Shown here: one piece after another, positions 51,086 to 64,000 of the stretch
How positions within the stretch are numbered: position 1 is the first letter of the stretch
Layout: every line of letters starts with the position of its first letter
Origin: Camelus dromedarius
Lineage: Eukaryota
Direction of reading: 5' to 3'
Assembly (NCBI RefSeq): GCF_036321535.1
Contig: NC_087437.1
Location: 74,836,001-74,900,000, forward strand
DNA: 64,000 nt
Translations under genes and position numbers: made by a program
Notes under the pieces: model-generated
The model's input: only the letters and a program-made list of their open reading frames with translations
The model's database searches: none
What the model was told of the DNA's origin: nothing

Positions 51086-52597
51086 TGCATGCTATGAATA
51101 GTTACCTATAAATATTTATTGAATTCGTAAAAAAAATTGACCTATCAGGAGGTAGAAGTATGTGTCCTTACTTTATGTTTGTATAATTCTTTTTAACCCA
51201 AACTTGTCTAACCCAGCTTGATATCTCACTGTATTTCTCAAATTCCCTAATTTGGCTTTGAATTACTTTTGACTTTTATCTTCAAATGACAGAGAAGTGT
51301 TAGCTTCAAGGAGAGTCAAAAGAAAGAGCTGCTAGTTGTAGGGGTAATTCCAAATCAGGAGATCCAGAGAGGATTTGAATAATGGTAAAAGTACTCAGAA
51401 TTTGTATAGTGTCCCATGGTGACTTTTTTTTCTTTTAACAGATGAGGACTTGATTGTGCAGCTGCTTGTATACTAATAACCGACTGTATTATTGCAGTGC
51501 TGCACCTTAGTGCAGACAGCCTCTCTTGTCACATCAAAGTTGCACCAGAAGTTATGGAATAATAGCCATGGACTGGATACTTTTATATCATTTACATTGG
51601 GAAATTCCACTCAAGGCTTACTTTTAAAGAATTTCTTTTCAAACAATTAAAAGAAATTCCTGACTTTTTAATGAGCTTCAGATCCTGCCTTAGGAAAGTA
51701 TAACCAACCAGGAAATCCTTGCACTGCTCATGGGCTTTGTCTTCATTTTTGTAAATTCCTTGGAGTTCTGTTCTTTCTTACTGAGTAACTGCCAATAGTG
51801 TGACCCCATTGAGCTGACCTCCCCAGATGGGCTTTATATTTCCTTTCCATCAACCCATCTCCCTCTGGACTGAGGTGGGCTTGTAAAAGTGATGGGTTTA
51901 CGGCCCCCTGCTTTCGACTTGGCCTTGTAGCCCTTCATAGTAGCCTTTTCTGGGATCCAGTAGATGGAGAGCACTCCTTCTTAAGTAGGTGGCTGGGCTT
52001 GTTTTTAATCTTTATTTCTTGTCTAATTGGAGAGGATTTACAGTTCATAAATAAACTTTAATGTAGAAGGTCCCTGGAATTGTTGGTATACGGCAGTGCA
52101 GCCATTTCTCAGCAATGTGCAGCTTTAGAAGGGTAGTTCTCTTCATAGGCTATTTACATTGTTTCTGCTTCCATTTTATTGCCTTTCTATCCTTTATTTT
52201 TCTCTCTTCTCTTCTTTTTCCACTTATCATGTTGTCGGACTTCTCCTCTCAGCTGACCATTAATACTTACTTTAATACTTATTGCACTTACAGGATGAAG
52301 TTTTATGTTTCTTGTTCATAATTTTCAAAGCAAATGAAACATTTTATTGTATTTCTCTGTTTGCACTAACTTCATGGAAATGTATTTTATTCATGTGGGC
52401 CTGCATTCTTTTTATTATGTTTGAGCAGGGGGATTATTTTATTTATTTGGCTTGATTCTGTCCTTCTGGGCTGATAGCTTTAATGAATAGTATCTTTTAT
52501 ACTGCTGATATAAATCTACTTAGAACTGATTTTTTCTTCTCAAATAATGTCATTATTACATCCTCTACAGTATGGCCTTTGTTATCTTCTTTTCTAG

Positions 52598-52723
52598 TTT
52601 TCCAGAGAGATGGTCATTCAGAGCCTACACATCTGTTCTGTATTTTGACCCTTGGATGAGAATTTTCATTCAGGCCAAAAGAGTTCAAACAAAATACCTA
52701 TGTTATTGCCTCTACAGACCAAG
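52598..52723 (+). CDS. MORC1: MORC1 exon 9 ([42 protein letters not shown])
   Basis: Acceptor cttcttttctag|T, donor AAG|gtaact; SFRAY motif typical of the MORC S5-like region. Confidence 0.96.
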
Positions 52724-55009
52724 GTAACTCTCCTTCCTTCAATGATCTTCGTAGTTATTTTTTAAAATTTATTTATACTTTGTTTAATGCTCAACTTATT
52801 TAACTTACATATCTAACAAAAAATTGAGAACACATACAATAATTTTTAAAAGTTATAAATACATTAAAATCTACTCTAAAATTTTAACCAACAACATAGG
52901 TTTAATTAGTTTTTTATTGTCATACTGTTATTTCTTCCTTCTTAAGATTATAGCTATACTTTTTTGATTTATCTTCATAAAGTTTTTATTTATAAAATAC
53001 CTCCTACCCAATTGTTAAAGTGATTTTTACAATTGTAAATAAAATTTAAACTGCATTCTGGAAAGTTTGCTGAAGAGTAATCGTGTGAAACAAATATTTG
53101 GCCATAATAGCAACATACCACAGAAGCCGTTCTTAAGTTACATCATTCCCCCGGGTAGGAATTTGTTGTTTACTTCAGTGAATCCAAGGTACTTTGATTA
53201 GAATAGGTTCCATTAAAAAAATTAGTTGACTTATATTTTCTTTTTATACAATATATTTGAACTAGTAAATCATATACATATATATGTATGTAGAATGAAT
53301 ATATGTGTAAGTACACGTGTGGTTCGTTTATATTTTACTTACCTGTAATATTTTAGCATAAGGTTTTTAAACTGACATTTGCATATTATATAACTTATCT
53401 TGCCCAACTGTGTGTGCAGCCAGAACAGTTTTTTTTTTTTTTTGGTGTGTAGTTTCTGAGTGGTCATTCATTTATTCACTAAACATTTATTGAAATCTTC
53501 TATTCATCTGAGGTTGTGCTAGGTACAAAGCATAGACAGATAAGATTAGTTATATTTTCAGGAGTTTACTGTCTACTGAGAGGAACATTTAATGCTTGAA
53601 CTTTTTCTCTGTATGTGCCTTTTTATATGCATTATTTTATTTGATTTTTGCCATGACCCTAGTGTTAGGTTTTATCATCATTTTAGAAATAAATAAATGT
53701 TGGAACTGGACAAGAACTCAAATCTTCTGGTTCTTGATTCCTTACCAATTCAAATTTCATCTTCCTTCTCCTATACAACAATAATTCTTTGTAATAGACC
53801 CACATTTGTTATGTTGTCTTATTTTCATGAAAAAGTAGTTGCTGTCCTGGGGCCTTGCAGTCACTCATATCAATATTAATATTAAAAATTATGGATCTCT
53901 GAATTGAGTGCCTTGACCACATACCAATGAATTCCTCGAGAACTATTTTTGATTTCTGGCTATACTACAGATCACATTTTGAAAAATGAAGTATACCAAG
54001 CCTGAGACTTACTCTGTAAATCTGTTTGTTCCCTAATTCATATCAGAGTGGTACTTCCTTTTCATCAGTCTCATTCTTCTGGGAGGTACCACAGATCTTC
54101 TGGATCAATCAATAGAGCTGATCTTTTCAAATTAAATTATTCCTCTCAGTTTGGGTAAAAAATGTTTTAAGCCAACGGAAAATGTGGATTTGTCTATATT
54201 TTCTGAGAGAATTTTATTTTTATTTATTTATTCATTTTTTTAAAATTATTTTTTGCCTGAGGGAATTTTATTAAATTGAATTTTATCTGCCTAAATTAAT
54301 TATCTCAAGTGATGGCTGTTTCACATTCTAGTATATTTTTTATTCACTTTTTGAAGTAATATTCTTAGACCTATCTTACCAGAAAGTAGATATAATATAT
54401 TTATCTTGTTCCCTAAAAGATATTTAATGAGGCTTGAACCTTTGCCAGGTGGTGTATGGAGCTCTGATAAACTGTTAAATCTGATATTTGGGATATACAG
54501 TCGGGACAGATTTAATCTTTCATGGTATTATCCCTTAGGCTTACTTTTCTCTCCATTTGCCTTATTTACTTGCATATTGTTTTCCTCACAGGTTCTCTGG
54601 TGGCAATAATTTTGTGTTAAGAAATACGTGGAGTTCTCTTCATGTTATCTCACCCCTAGTGGGGTAACCCTTACTTTATTTCCTTCCTAAAAGGCACTAT
54701 AGCTCTAATGGCTATATCAGAACAAATTAAGAGCTGGTGATGACCCTATTTGATCAGAGTAGAGGCATTTAAAATATATTACAATGATTAAATATTCTGT
54801 CTACTTGACCACCCAGGCACCAATAAACTTCTAGAAATGCACCCTGAAGTATTATTGATAAGAATACATGACTATACTTCATGGTCAGCCATTTCTGTAT
54901 ATTTTTGTAGCAAAAAGAACACTGGATTTTAATTGTGTGGGTGGAGTTACAGTTGTTGTAGCTCCTTTTCCCCAATGTCTATAACAAGTTCAGAAGAGGA
55001 CTAGAGGGA

Positions 55010-55600
55010 AATTTTTAGTGTCTCCTTCTTTAATCATATTCTGTTCAGTATTTTTATCAGTAACTTGGATAAAAAGCACATGGTTTAAATTCATAGTTGA
55101 CCCTGAACTAGGAGGGATATCTTATATCAGGCATAATATGAACAAGATGTGAAAGAGTTGAAGTACAAAATATAAATGTAATATAACGTACAGACCTGAA
55201 TTTAGATTTTAAAAATCATATTGTGTTAATATACTAGACTGGACACTAATTTACATAAAAAATATGTTTTCACTGACAACATGCTTCGTATAAGCTGACA
55301 GTGTAACAGGGTTGCTAAAAATGTTTATGGAACTTAGTGAGCAGAATAAGATGGTGATAGCACTAATAAACCATATCCTGCTTGTGCCATGCCTGGAGGA
55401 GGATGTCCAAATTCCTTCAAAGCCCGTGCTAGCTTCATTGATGGAATTGAGCGTTACGCCATGGGCAAGAGAAGACTTAAGGCCTGAGTGAAATGTGACA
55501 GACTGTCATAGGATGGTTGGAAGTCTAGAGGGTAGAACTTGGATGGCTGGATAGAAGTAGAAGACAGTTGGAGCTAGCTCAGCATGTGTTAGGCTGTTTT
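55010..55600 (+). mobile_element. L3/CR1 LINE fragment
   Basis: ctgttcagtatttttatcagtaacttggat and gacagtgtaacagggttgctaaaaa resemble the CR1/L3 RT region; an L3-like 3' end lies near 56100-56230. Confidence 0.62.
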
Positions 55601-57049
55601 TGCAAGGCAGAGACACACAGATTACCTTTTTCAATTGGTATTTAGCATAAGTATATTCAGAGAAGTCAAGGAGAAGGGCACCATACAGTCCCCTTAATTT
55701 CTCCTTTGTCTCAGTTTTTCCATGACTCAGTTGTTTTAAAGAACAGCCCAGTTTTGCTCAGAACATCCCTGGGCTCTGCTGAACTGACTTTGCTCTGTGT
55801 GCCTAGTACTTGCTCCTCCAACACTGGGTTTTCCACCATCAAATTCAAAGCTTCCTTATTGGGCAGAATTTGGGGACAAGACACACCAGAAGTGGAGGTT
55901 GGTTTGATTGCTCACATAGCTTCCTTTGGTTGAACACCAGTGCTTGGTCCACTTAGCCAATTTAATACCCAGGATACCAAATCCAGTATGTTTAAGATGG
56001 CAAATTTAGTTTCTCCAGACACATGACACAAGGTATAGCAATTCAGAGAGAGCCATGAGTGTGTCATGAGATTAATGATCATGCTCTTCAGCAGTGGAAG
56101 ACACACCCATCCAAGACGAAGACAGCTTTGTCTAGGGAAGAGCCTGGATTGTAGAAAGAATTATTATTTGGGGAAGAGTTTCAGCTGGGTGATTTCTAAG
56201 TTTTTTTCAACTTAAAGATTTTAGAAGTCTGTAATTATTTGCGTGTTAAGTGTTGTTTATATAATATGGACTTGATTTTATGCAACTTGATCTTAGGCAA
56301 CAGACATTACTGATTTTCTTTGGCTTTGACTTCTTTAGGTTTAACAGAGAAATAACTCTCAGATTTATGCAGGCATTAAAATCTCTGCATGTTAGGACTA
56401 AGGAAGAACATAGAATGGTCACTTTTGAAAGCTCTTTAAGGGAGACAGATTCGAAGTGTATTTGAAGATCTCCATTCCTCATTAACACTGCTTTGTTGTG
56501 GACTCATAACATTGAAAGGAGCCCAAGTGATACGGAATTGGAGTCCTCTTGCTTTCACAGGCGCACCGTGGTCCTTTTTAAGTTATTTAGGGACACTAAG
56601 TTTATAGTCTGCTGCTGAATACCCTGCCACTCTGTGTTTCTGAGGTGGTCTTCAGTTTTAGGGATGCTCCCCACCGCCTCACATCACATCCACCTAGATA
56701 GACTAATAGTATTTTAAAAGTGTCTCCTTCGTAAACTGTGCATCTTATGTATCCCTTCGTAAGTTTGTATGATCTTAAATTATTTAATCTTTCAATATAG
56801 GAAAGTGGTTGAAATTGAAATTTACATCAGCCAAACGTGGATCTGAGTTTTGATTTTATTTACTAATTGTGAATCTTCAGCAATTGCTTAAGCCTGATGC
56901 TTCTCCAGTGTGCACTGGGAATGCCCCTCAGGGTTGTTGTGAGGATTAAAATAAAAATATGTTTTATTTTAAACAATGCTCAGCTAAGTTCCCAGAATAT
57001 TTGTGAGCAAGCAGTAGTTGATATTGTGCAGATGGATAATAAGAAATGG

Positions 57050-58465
57050 TTGGAATGACCATCCTGTGTGAGGCAGTCTTCTAGGCATTTAGAATTTAGT
57101 ACAAACAGCAACAAAAAATTCCTGCCCTCATAAAGCTTACATTCTAGTGGTGGAAAAGATGATAAGCAAAATAATAGTAACAACACAACAATAATAATAA
57201 TAATATTAATTGTGGGTAATTTTAAGTGCCAAGAAAAGAAACACAAAGTAGATTTAAAAAAATAGAGATTTTATTGGATGGGAGGTTTTGGATGATTATT
57301 TTAGATAGGAAATTAAGGAAGGAATTTACTTTTAAATAAATAGCTTCTGAGCAGAGCTGAATAAACTGAGAAAGCGAAAGTATCATCTATCCCTGCAAAA
57401 CAGATCACCCGAAAAATTTAGTGGCTTAATAATGAAGTAACCATTTATTGTTTCTCAGTGTCTATGGGTCAGTAATTTGATTGTGGCTCTGTAGGGTGGT
57501 TTTGTTTTGATATCTCTCATGAGGTGGCTGATTTTGGCTAGGATTTCTAGAAGACACATTTCTAAGGTGGCTGACTCACATGGCAGGCAGTTTGGTTCCT
57601 CTTTACAAAGGCCACTGCACAGGCCTACCTGAGTATTTTAATGCCACAGGGACTGGTTCCCACCAGAGTGTGCAATTCAAAAAAACTAAATAGAAACTGC
57701 AGTCTTTTAGAACCTAGCCTCAAGATTCATACACCATCACTTCTGTATTCCTTTGGTCACAGAGGCCAGCCTAGAGTCAGTGTGGGAGGGCACTACACAA
57801 AGGCATGAACACCAGGAGGTAAGAGCCATTGAAGGATGTCTTGGAGGGTGGATACCACAGTGAGTCATGTAAGAATTTTATGGGGAGATGTTTCCAGGAA
57901 GAGAAGACCAAGTAAAGGCAAGGGGAAAAAGCTAATACAGCAAGAGCACAGGGATCTGGAGGAGGTGAGGTAGACGGCGGCAGATCCTGTAGGATCTTCA
58001 GCAACATGGTGGGAAGAGGTGGTCGTATTAAGAATGTAGACTTTTGAGAGGAGTGACATTACTTGATTTATTATTTTAAAAGATTATTGCAGCTGCTAAG
58101 TAGAGAACTGATTTTAAGGGGCAAGAAGGGAGGAAGGGAAATGAGGTAGGATACCATTATTGTATTCTAGGTGAGAAATTATAGTGGCTTGAGCTGGGGT
58201 GGTAGTGTTGGAAGTAATTAGAAGTGTTCAGATTACAGATATGCTGTAGAGATAGAGCCAACAAGACTTGCTGATGGATTGGATGTGCGGTGGAGAGAAA
58301 ATGAGGAGTCGTGAAAGCCTTCTACATTCCTTCCTGAGCTAAAGCTTGGGAATGATAGCGGAGGTCCCAGTGTCGGGGTCGGGAAAAACAATGAATGGGA
58401 TTTTTCCCACTTATTCTGGACATAGTAAGTTTGAGAGGCCTATTTGACATCCAGGTCTAGCTGTC
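57050..58465 (-). mobile_element. L2 interrupted by an MLT1 LTR
   Basis: cctgccctcataaagcttacattctagtgg; gacttgctgatggattggatgtg; ggacatagtaagtttgagaggcctatttgacatcc. Confidence 0.8.
57379..57859 (-). mobile_element. MaLR solo LTR, MLT1F-like
   Basis: aatttagtggcttaa near the start; end cagtgtgggagggcactacacaaaggcatgaacaccaggagg...ggataccaca. Confidence 0.8.
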
Positions 58466-60669
58466 AGCATTACACTAGCCACAGAGTTCTTAACCATGCC
58501 TCATTATATGTTTTCATGAATGATTAAGGATTGTAACTATTTTACAGTATGACTAAATTGGATAAACTCAAATAATTTAAAAAAGAAAATAATCATGATT
58601 GTGACTAACAATGTAGTTGTGATTCATAACCGTGGGCTAATTTTTTCTGCATAAACACAAGTTTATAACTTTGCTTTTCTTTACTTGTAGTATATTTTTC
58701 AACATAAATTTTTTTAAAAATATTTTATTTTGTATTATCCAAAATGTTTTGGAGAAGTTTTATAAATGTGAGGACTAAATGCCAATGAAAGTTTAAATTA
58801 CCTCTTGGAGATCTTTCTCTGTCTTTGTCAAATATATTGTGTAGTACTCTATGGTCTCTTTAACTATTTCTTTATTGCTGTATACTTAGGGTTTTTAGGG
58901 TTTTCATCATTAAAATGCTAAACTGGACATGCTTGGGCACCGTCAGACAGATGTATATTTATGCTCATATGCTTGTGCATGTTATTTCTATAGAGCATAT
59001 TACAGAAGCAAATTCTAGGTCAGAGGATAGGTACATCATTAATTTTGACGGTGCTGTTAGTTTACCCTCCAAGAAGTAGAACCAATTTATTGTTACACAA
59101 ACAGTTGTGTAAGAGTGTGCTTTTGTGTGGTTGTTATTAATAGTATTTTCTTATTTTATTTTTGCCATTCTAAGGAGCAAAACTTTTGTATTGTTTTAAC
59201 TTTCATTTCCCTCAATAGTTTTCATTGACCTTATGTTTTTAAGCTCTTTTAGAAAGAAAATATTCAAACAATTGGTTTATGTAGAAAGGGGACATAAGCA
59301 AAATACTTGAATACAATTTCATTGATAGAAGAGAGTAGGGAAGTAAAAGGTGAAATGTTTGAGGCGTGGAGACCTAAAATGTGGCAGGACAAGGCAGAGT
59401 TAGAAGATAGAAATAAGTTGGAGGCGAGACCATAGCCTTTGGTTGTGGGCAAAAGTAAAGTAAATACAAAGTTTGGGGAATGGGTTTGGAAAAATTCTAA
59501 CCTCTGAGAAACTAGAAGCCCAGTTCTAGATGGGACACCATTCCCTTGCAAGGAGTGTTGCAAGGACTGAGGAACAGATGGAGCTGGATTGATTTCTTCC
59601 TTATCCTCCAGTGGTAGTGGTACTTTGGCTCTCAAAGGCATTTTTATCTTCCAGAGTCCACTAGTAGGAAAAGACAATGTGTAAGGCTGATGAGGGCTTC
59701 TGATTGTGGACGGAAATTTGACCCAAAATTCTTTACTTTATAAGAATGGCAGACTTACTACCCTGGATTTACAAAGTGATGCATATTTCTAAGATATCTC
59801 ATATTCTTTAATTGTTGTGAGCAGTTGTAAAATTTAAAATGTCATCTGGGGTGTGCAGATCATCTGGGACCAGATTATCTCAATGCCAACCATGATGAGA
59901 GCACATTTTTTTGGTTTTTGTTGTTTAAAATTAAGCAACTAATGCAGAGTTGGCACTTTTTACGCCACCCATACCTTCTATGGCTGTAAGCACATAGTCT
60001 ATGAAAATGCTTGAATAGTATAATTCATATCATCTTTGAAAGATTACTCATTGTTCAGTTTCTCCTTGATTTCACTTTAACTTTTTAGAAAAATATTTGA
60101 TTTAAATAATTCAAACCAGATTATATGATTAGTATGTAATTAAAAAAATGATAATTTTAGTATATAATGACCAGTAATTTCCTATTTAAAACTTAGATTT
60201 TGCTATTCTCAAAATGTAGCAGAAAGTGATTTGAAATATATGTAGGTTATGACTTAAATGGATAATGTTCAGTGTGCAAGAAAAATAAGGGAATAAACTG
60301 AGAATTACTTTGCCTTAGATTTTTTAGGTGTTCCTTTCCTGTGCTAACTGTATAATCTTATTTGAAAATGAACATGAAGTCAGAGGAGAAGATACACAGT
60401 TAGTTACTTTAACTTGAATTGTTCATTAAACCATTGAAGTAGATGAATATAGGATGACATTTAGTGTGTTTTATTGTTGTTGTTTTTTAACATTAAGCCT
60501 TTTATGTAGTTAATTGGGCAAACTTCTACAGATTTTTCAGATTCTTAAAAGAAAAGGAAATCATTCAGCTGCTCATTTTATTTCCTCATTTCCAATGTAT
60601 ATTCCCTCTAAAATATACATTTCCTCTAAAGCATGCATCTAATAAACACACTTTATAAGTTATTTATTA

Positions 60670-60920
60670 AATAAAACACATATTAAGTACTTGCTATGAA
60701 CCAGCGTTGTTCTAAGTTTTTGAGCTGTGTTGACACCTTTAATTCTCGTATCAGCCCTTTGAGATAGACACCATTGTTTTAATCTCCATTTACAGATAAG
60801 GAAATGGAATCACAGAAAGTGAAGTAATTTGCTCAGTCTTTTGTAATTTGCACTACTAGTATAGGGGCACACCACGGTCTTTAACCCAGGTAAATGGACT
60901 ACAGGTAGTCCAACTCTTAA
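60670..60920 (-). mobile_element. MIR SINE
   Basis: atctccatttacagataaggaaatggaatcacagaaagtgaagtaatttgc. Confidence 0.78.
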
Positions 60921-61153
60921 TGATTAATCATGGCAGTGTTCTGTCTTGAGTATATCTGTGCAGCTTCTTTTGAGATAATAGAAGAGTCTTTAAGTATAAA
61001 CAGATTCCAGCTAACAAACATGTAAATTTTGTGTGACCTGTTTGTATTGTGAAGAATTTGCATTAACTGCTTACATTGTTTAAAAGTCAGAGCACAGAAA
61101 TGCAATTCTGGATCAAACTATTATTCAAAAGCCATTGCAATTAGCCTAGATTC

Positions 61154-61352
61154 TAGAGATCGGTCAGCCTTTGCTGTAAAGTGCCCAAGAGTAAATATCT
61201 GGACACGTTCAGTCTCTTTTGCATATTCTTATTTTTTTCCTTTTTTCCCCCTAAATCCTTTAAAGTGGAAGAATCGTTCTTAGGTCTTAGACTGTAACAA
61301 AAACAAGCTACTGGCTCAATTTGGCCCATGGGCAGTATTTTATCTATCCCTG
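61154..61352. mobile_element. MER58-family hAT MITE
   Basis: ctgtaaagtgcccaagagtaaatat start; atttggcccatgggcagtattt...tccctg end. Confidence 0.68.
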
Positions 61353-62329
61353 GTAGAGACTCATTGGGCATATAGATTTAGACTCTCCTCTGCCTGAACA
61401 AATGCTTCTTTTTATATGTCTTAAAATGTTTTGACTTCAAGAGATGTTCTACAAGTCCCCATCTACCTCTCACTGAAAATCTGATGGCTTTCTAGACATT
61501 GAAGGTATCGGAGAATGGTAAGCTCCTGAGTCTACATGGGCATGAGGCAAACAGTATAGAATGAGATATACAGAGCTTTGTGCGTTTTCAAACCAAATAA
61601 TGTTCTGGACTTTTTCTCTCCATGATGATTTAAACCCAATCCTCCTTCCTGGAATCATCTGTAACAGATACACATAGTTTCAGTTGCTTTCAGGGAACCC
61701 CTTTTCTGCAGAGCTTCTCTCACCTGTTTTGCTCGCTTTGAGTTTCTGGAGAGAGTGGGGAACGTGTATGTACATTTCCTCCTCCCTGATTGTTCTGGAA
61801 TGTCTTTGCTCTCAGTGAAACACTGGACCTTGAAAACAGGCTTCTTGAGCAATAAAGTACAAAACGTGTTTTATTTAAAATGATATTTTAATGTGTGTTT
61901 CTGAGCATCTCGGAGATAATTGTTTAGGGACTGGGAGAAACAGTTTATCCAGTGTCAGTGATGATCTGGGTGAGAAGGCTATATATATTAACCAGAAACT
62001 TTGATAATGGAACAATTGCATAGAAATTCTTCTTTTTTGAGAAAATTATCCTATTTTACATGTATAAGTGAACATCTGTGTGGGCAGAGATTTTCTTATC
62101 TCTCTCCTGAATTTCCCTTGCAAAAGCTAAATTTCCAAGTATTCAAAGACAAATTTGTCTCAGGTATAAACTTTGCTGATGTACCAACTGAATGCCACTT
62201 ACTTGATGAATTTCTCTTAATAATTACGTATCTCTAGAATATATAGTCTTCCTAAAGAACATTTTTGTATCATGTACTTTAAAATGATAATCTGACTTGA
62301 TTATATTCTTCTTTCTTTTTTCATTTCAG

Positions 62330-62409
62330 AAAGTATCTGTATGTCACATCATCTTTTAAAGGGACATTTAAAAATGAAGTTAAAAAGGCAGAAGAAGCAG
62401 TAAAGATAG
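62330..62409 (+). CDS. MORC1: MORC1 exon 10 (KYLYVTSSFKGTFKNEVKKAEEAVKI)
   Basis: Long pyrimidine tract then tttcag|A, donor TAG|gtatgt. Confidence 0.95.
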
Positions 62410-63089
62410 GTATGTAATTACCTATGGGCTACATCATTATTGTTACTTTATTCAGCAAACATTAAGTGAGCAATTATGCTGAGACATACCCTGCTCTAAG
62501 CATTGTAGAAATAACCACAATTAATCAGTTGTAATTCCTACCTCTAAGGAACTTCATTAACACATTTTCCATCTTTGGTTTTATCTAGTTATGATATTAT
62601 TTATTATTATGAATATAATTCAAGCTCTAAGTACACATTTGAAACTAGATTGTTATATTTAGAAACGCTGGTTGTCCTGATGATGAGTGAGATCATTTTA
62701 GAGACTCGTGTTGCATCCGCTTTAAGAAGGAATGTTCTATACATTCACTCCTTCCACAGAAGGACAAAACCATTTTTTCCCAGTGATCCTGGAGTGACAA
62801 GTAGCTCTTTATCCATATTTCATTGGTTTTAGAGAGTTTTCAGTCGGCCAAATGTTCAGACCTGACTTTTGAATTTGTATGTGTACGTGTGTGCCCTATA
62901 AACTGTTGTGCATTAGAGGAAGCCAAGGATGGCTACCTGCTCTTGGAATGCATAAAAGCTATAGGAGGAATATAGGATTTTCCGAGATCATTATCTTTAA
63001 GCCATTCTTACTAGTTATAGAGATGACTAAAATGTTCACTTAAAAATACTTGAAAGAGTGACATTTTATTATCTTAATTTTGTTTCTAG

Positions 63090-63163
63090 CTGAACTCACA
63101 CTGAAAGAAGTACAAATTGAAACAAACAACTCTGACAGAACTTCCTTGTCTTCTCCTGCCAAG
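63090..63163 (+). CDS. MORC1: MORC1 exon 11 (AELTLKEVQIETNNSDRTSLSSPAK)
   Basis: Acceptor ttttgtttctag|C, donor AAG|gtggga, restores phase 0; resembles the recalled human segment ending DRTSLSSAK. Confidence 0.9.
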
Positions 63164-64000
63164 GTGGGACATAGAGAGTCAGTCTTCTTAAATGGCAAAC
63201 AGTGTCATTTGCTTTTTCTTGTACACAGTTGTCTCTTACCACTTACTTTCTAGACTTTTAAACAGAGGCAAACTCAGAAGATTAATTTTAACACAGATAA
63301 ACAGAATAGCTGAGTGCAGAGAAAGGAGCAAAAACTCGGCAAGGTGAGTGAGGAGAAGGCTGAGATTGAGAGAGAAGATGAATAAATTGTGGGGTGAATT
63401 GGGAACCGTGGAGAAGAGCATCACAGCTCATGTCTTTAAAATGAAGAGTCATATGAGAAAAAGAGAAAATAATGAAAAGCTAGCAGAAAAAACTAGCCTA
63501 TCAAGTCTCCTTGAAAATATCTTTTCAAATTATAGCTCCCTATGGACCTAAATAAATGGGGAGAGCAAGGAGGAGACTAATAAGCAATCCTTCTTTCCAG
63601 TGCTAGGAGTTATGTGCTATAATTATGAATATTAATAACAGTGCTTCCAGCTTACAAAGCTCTTTTCTTATGAGTTGCTCCACACAATCCATAAACATCC
63701 TCTTAATCCTTGCGCTATGCCCATGAGTAAGATAGGTTATAAAGAACTATTATTATTAATTATAGTTCGTAGCAACTAGGAAAAAAAAAGAATATTGCTG
63801 CAGGACATGTATTGTAAGTTTGCTAACTTTTAGCAAGACATGGTACCAAGCTTTCTACCATGGTGAATCATTGCACAACACATTTATTTGCTTGCATACA
63901 GTGGTAGAAGGAGGTGTATGGAGAAAAAAATGTTTCACTTCACCTTTTCTTCATCCTCTTCTACAGACTCACTGTATGAATTCTTTCTGTAATTTGTCCT

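Larger units (their letters stand above)
11890..63163 (+). other. MORC1: MORC1 gene, coding exons 1-11 (3' incomplete): MORC family CW-type zinc finger 1, GHKL ATPase
   Basis: Exons of 65,54,35,69,91,109,160,106,126,80,74 nt with GT-AG introns join in frame (969 nt, no stop). The product has GHKL motifs ELLDNARDA, DDGCGM, GQYGNGLKSG and CGT. The N-terminus (LDFIHANSTTHSFLFGALAELLDN) and KRLSTLKFIGQYGNG match MORC1 as I recall it rather than MORC2/3/4. Confidence 0.96.

Noticed and set aside
56722..56777. Imperfect ~28-bp direct repeat (ccttcgtaa...atctta) x2; similar tiny duplications near 22131 and 49912
   Set aside because: Two copies only, ordinary slippage duplications; no repeat-spacer (CRISPR-like) array.
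59264..59677. 137-aa minus-strand ORF
   Set aside because: No recognisable domain, non-ATG start and no exon-like context; consistent with chance.

Overview
Mammalian genomic DNA, AT-rich and repeat-rich. It holds the CpG-island promoter and the first 11 coding exons of MORC1 on the + strand (ATG 11890; last exon seen ends 63163; the gene runs off the right edge). The 11 GT-AG exons splice in phase into an uninterrupted 323-codon frame (969 nt) covering the GHKL ATPase, the start of the S5-like region and the start of the coiled coil. Two tRNA-derived SINEs resembling the camelid vic-1 family, plus cetartiodactyl-type L1 3' ends, suggest a camelid (inference). The rest is intron or upstream sequence with L1, HAL1-like, L2, L3/CR1, MIR, MaLR/ERVL LTR and hAT MITE remnants; family names are from remembered consensus sequences, not a database search. 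I see no clearly new biological system. The most unusual items are (i) a TSD-bounded composite L1 at 38484-40875 with two tandem 3' ends, a probable 3' transduction and a deleted RT core, (ii) an apparently chimeric, relatively young retroelement family joining a young L1 3' UTR to an old-type L1M tail, and (iii) a (GCGTGG)n G-quadruplex/EGR-KLF array next to a CTCF-like motif in the MORC1 promoter.
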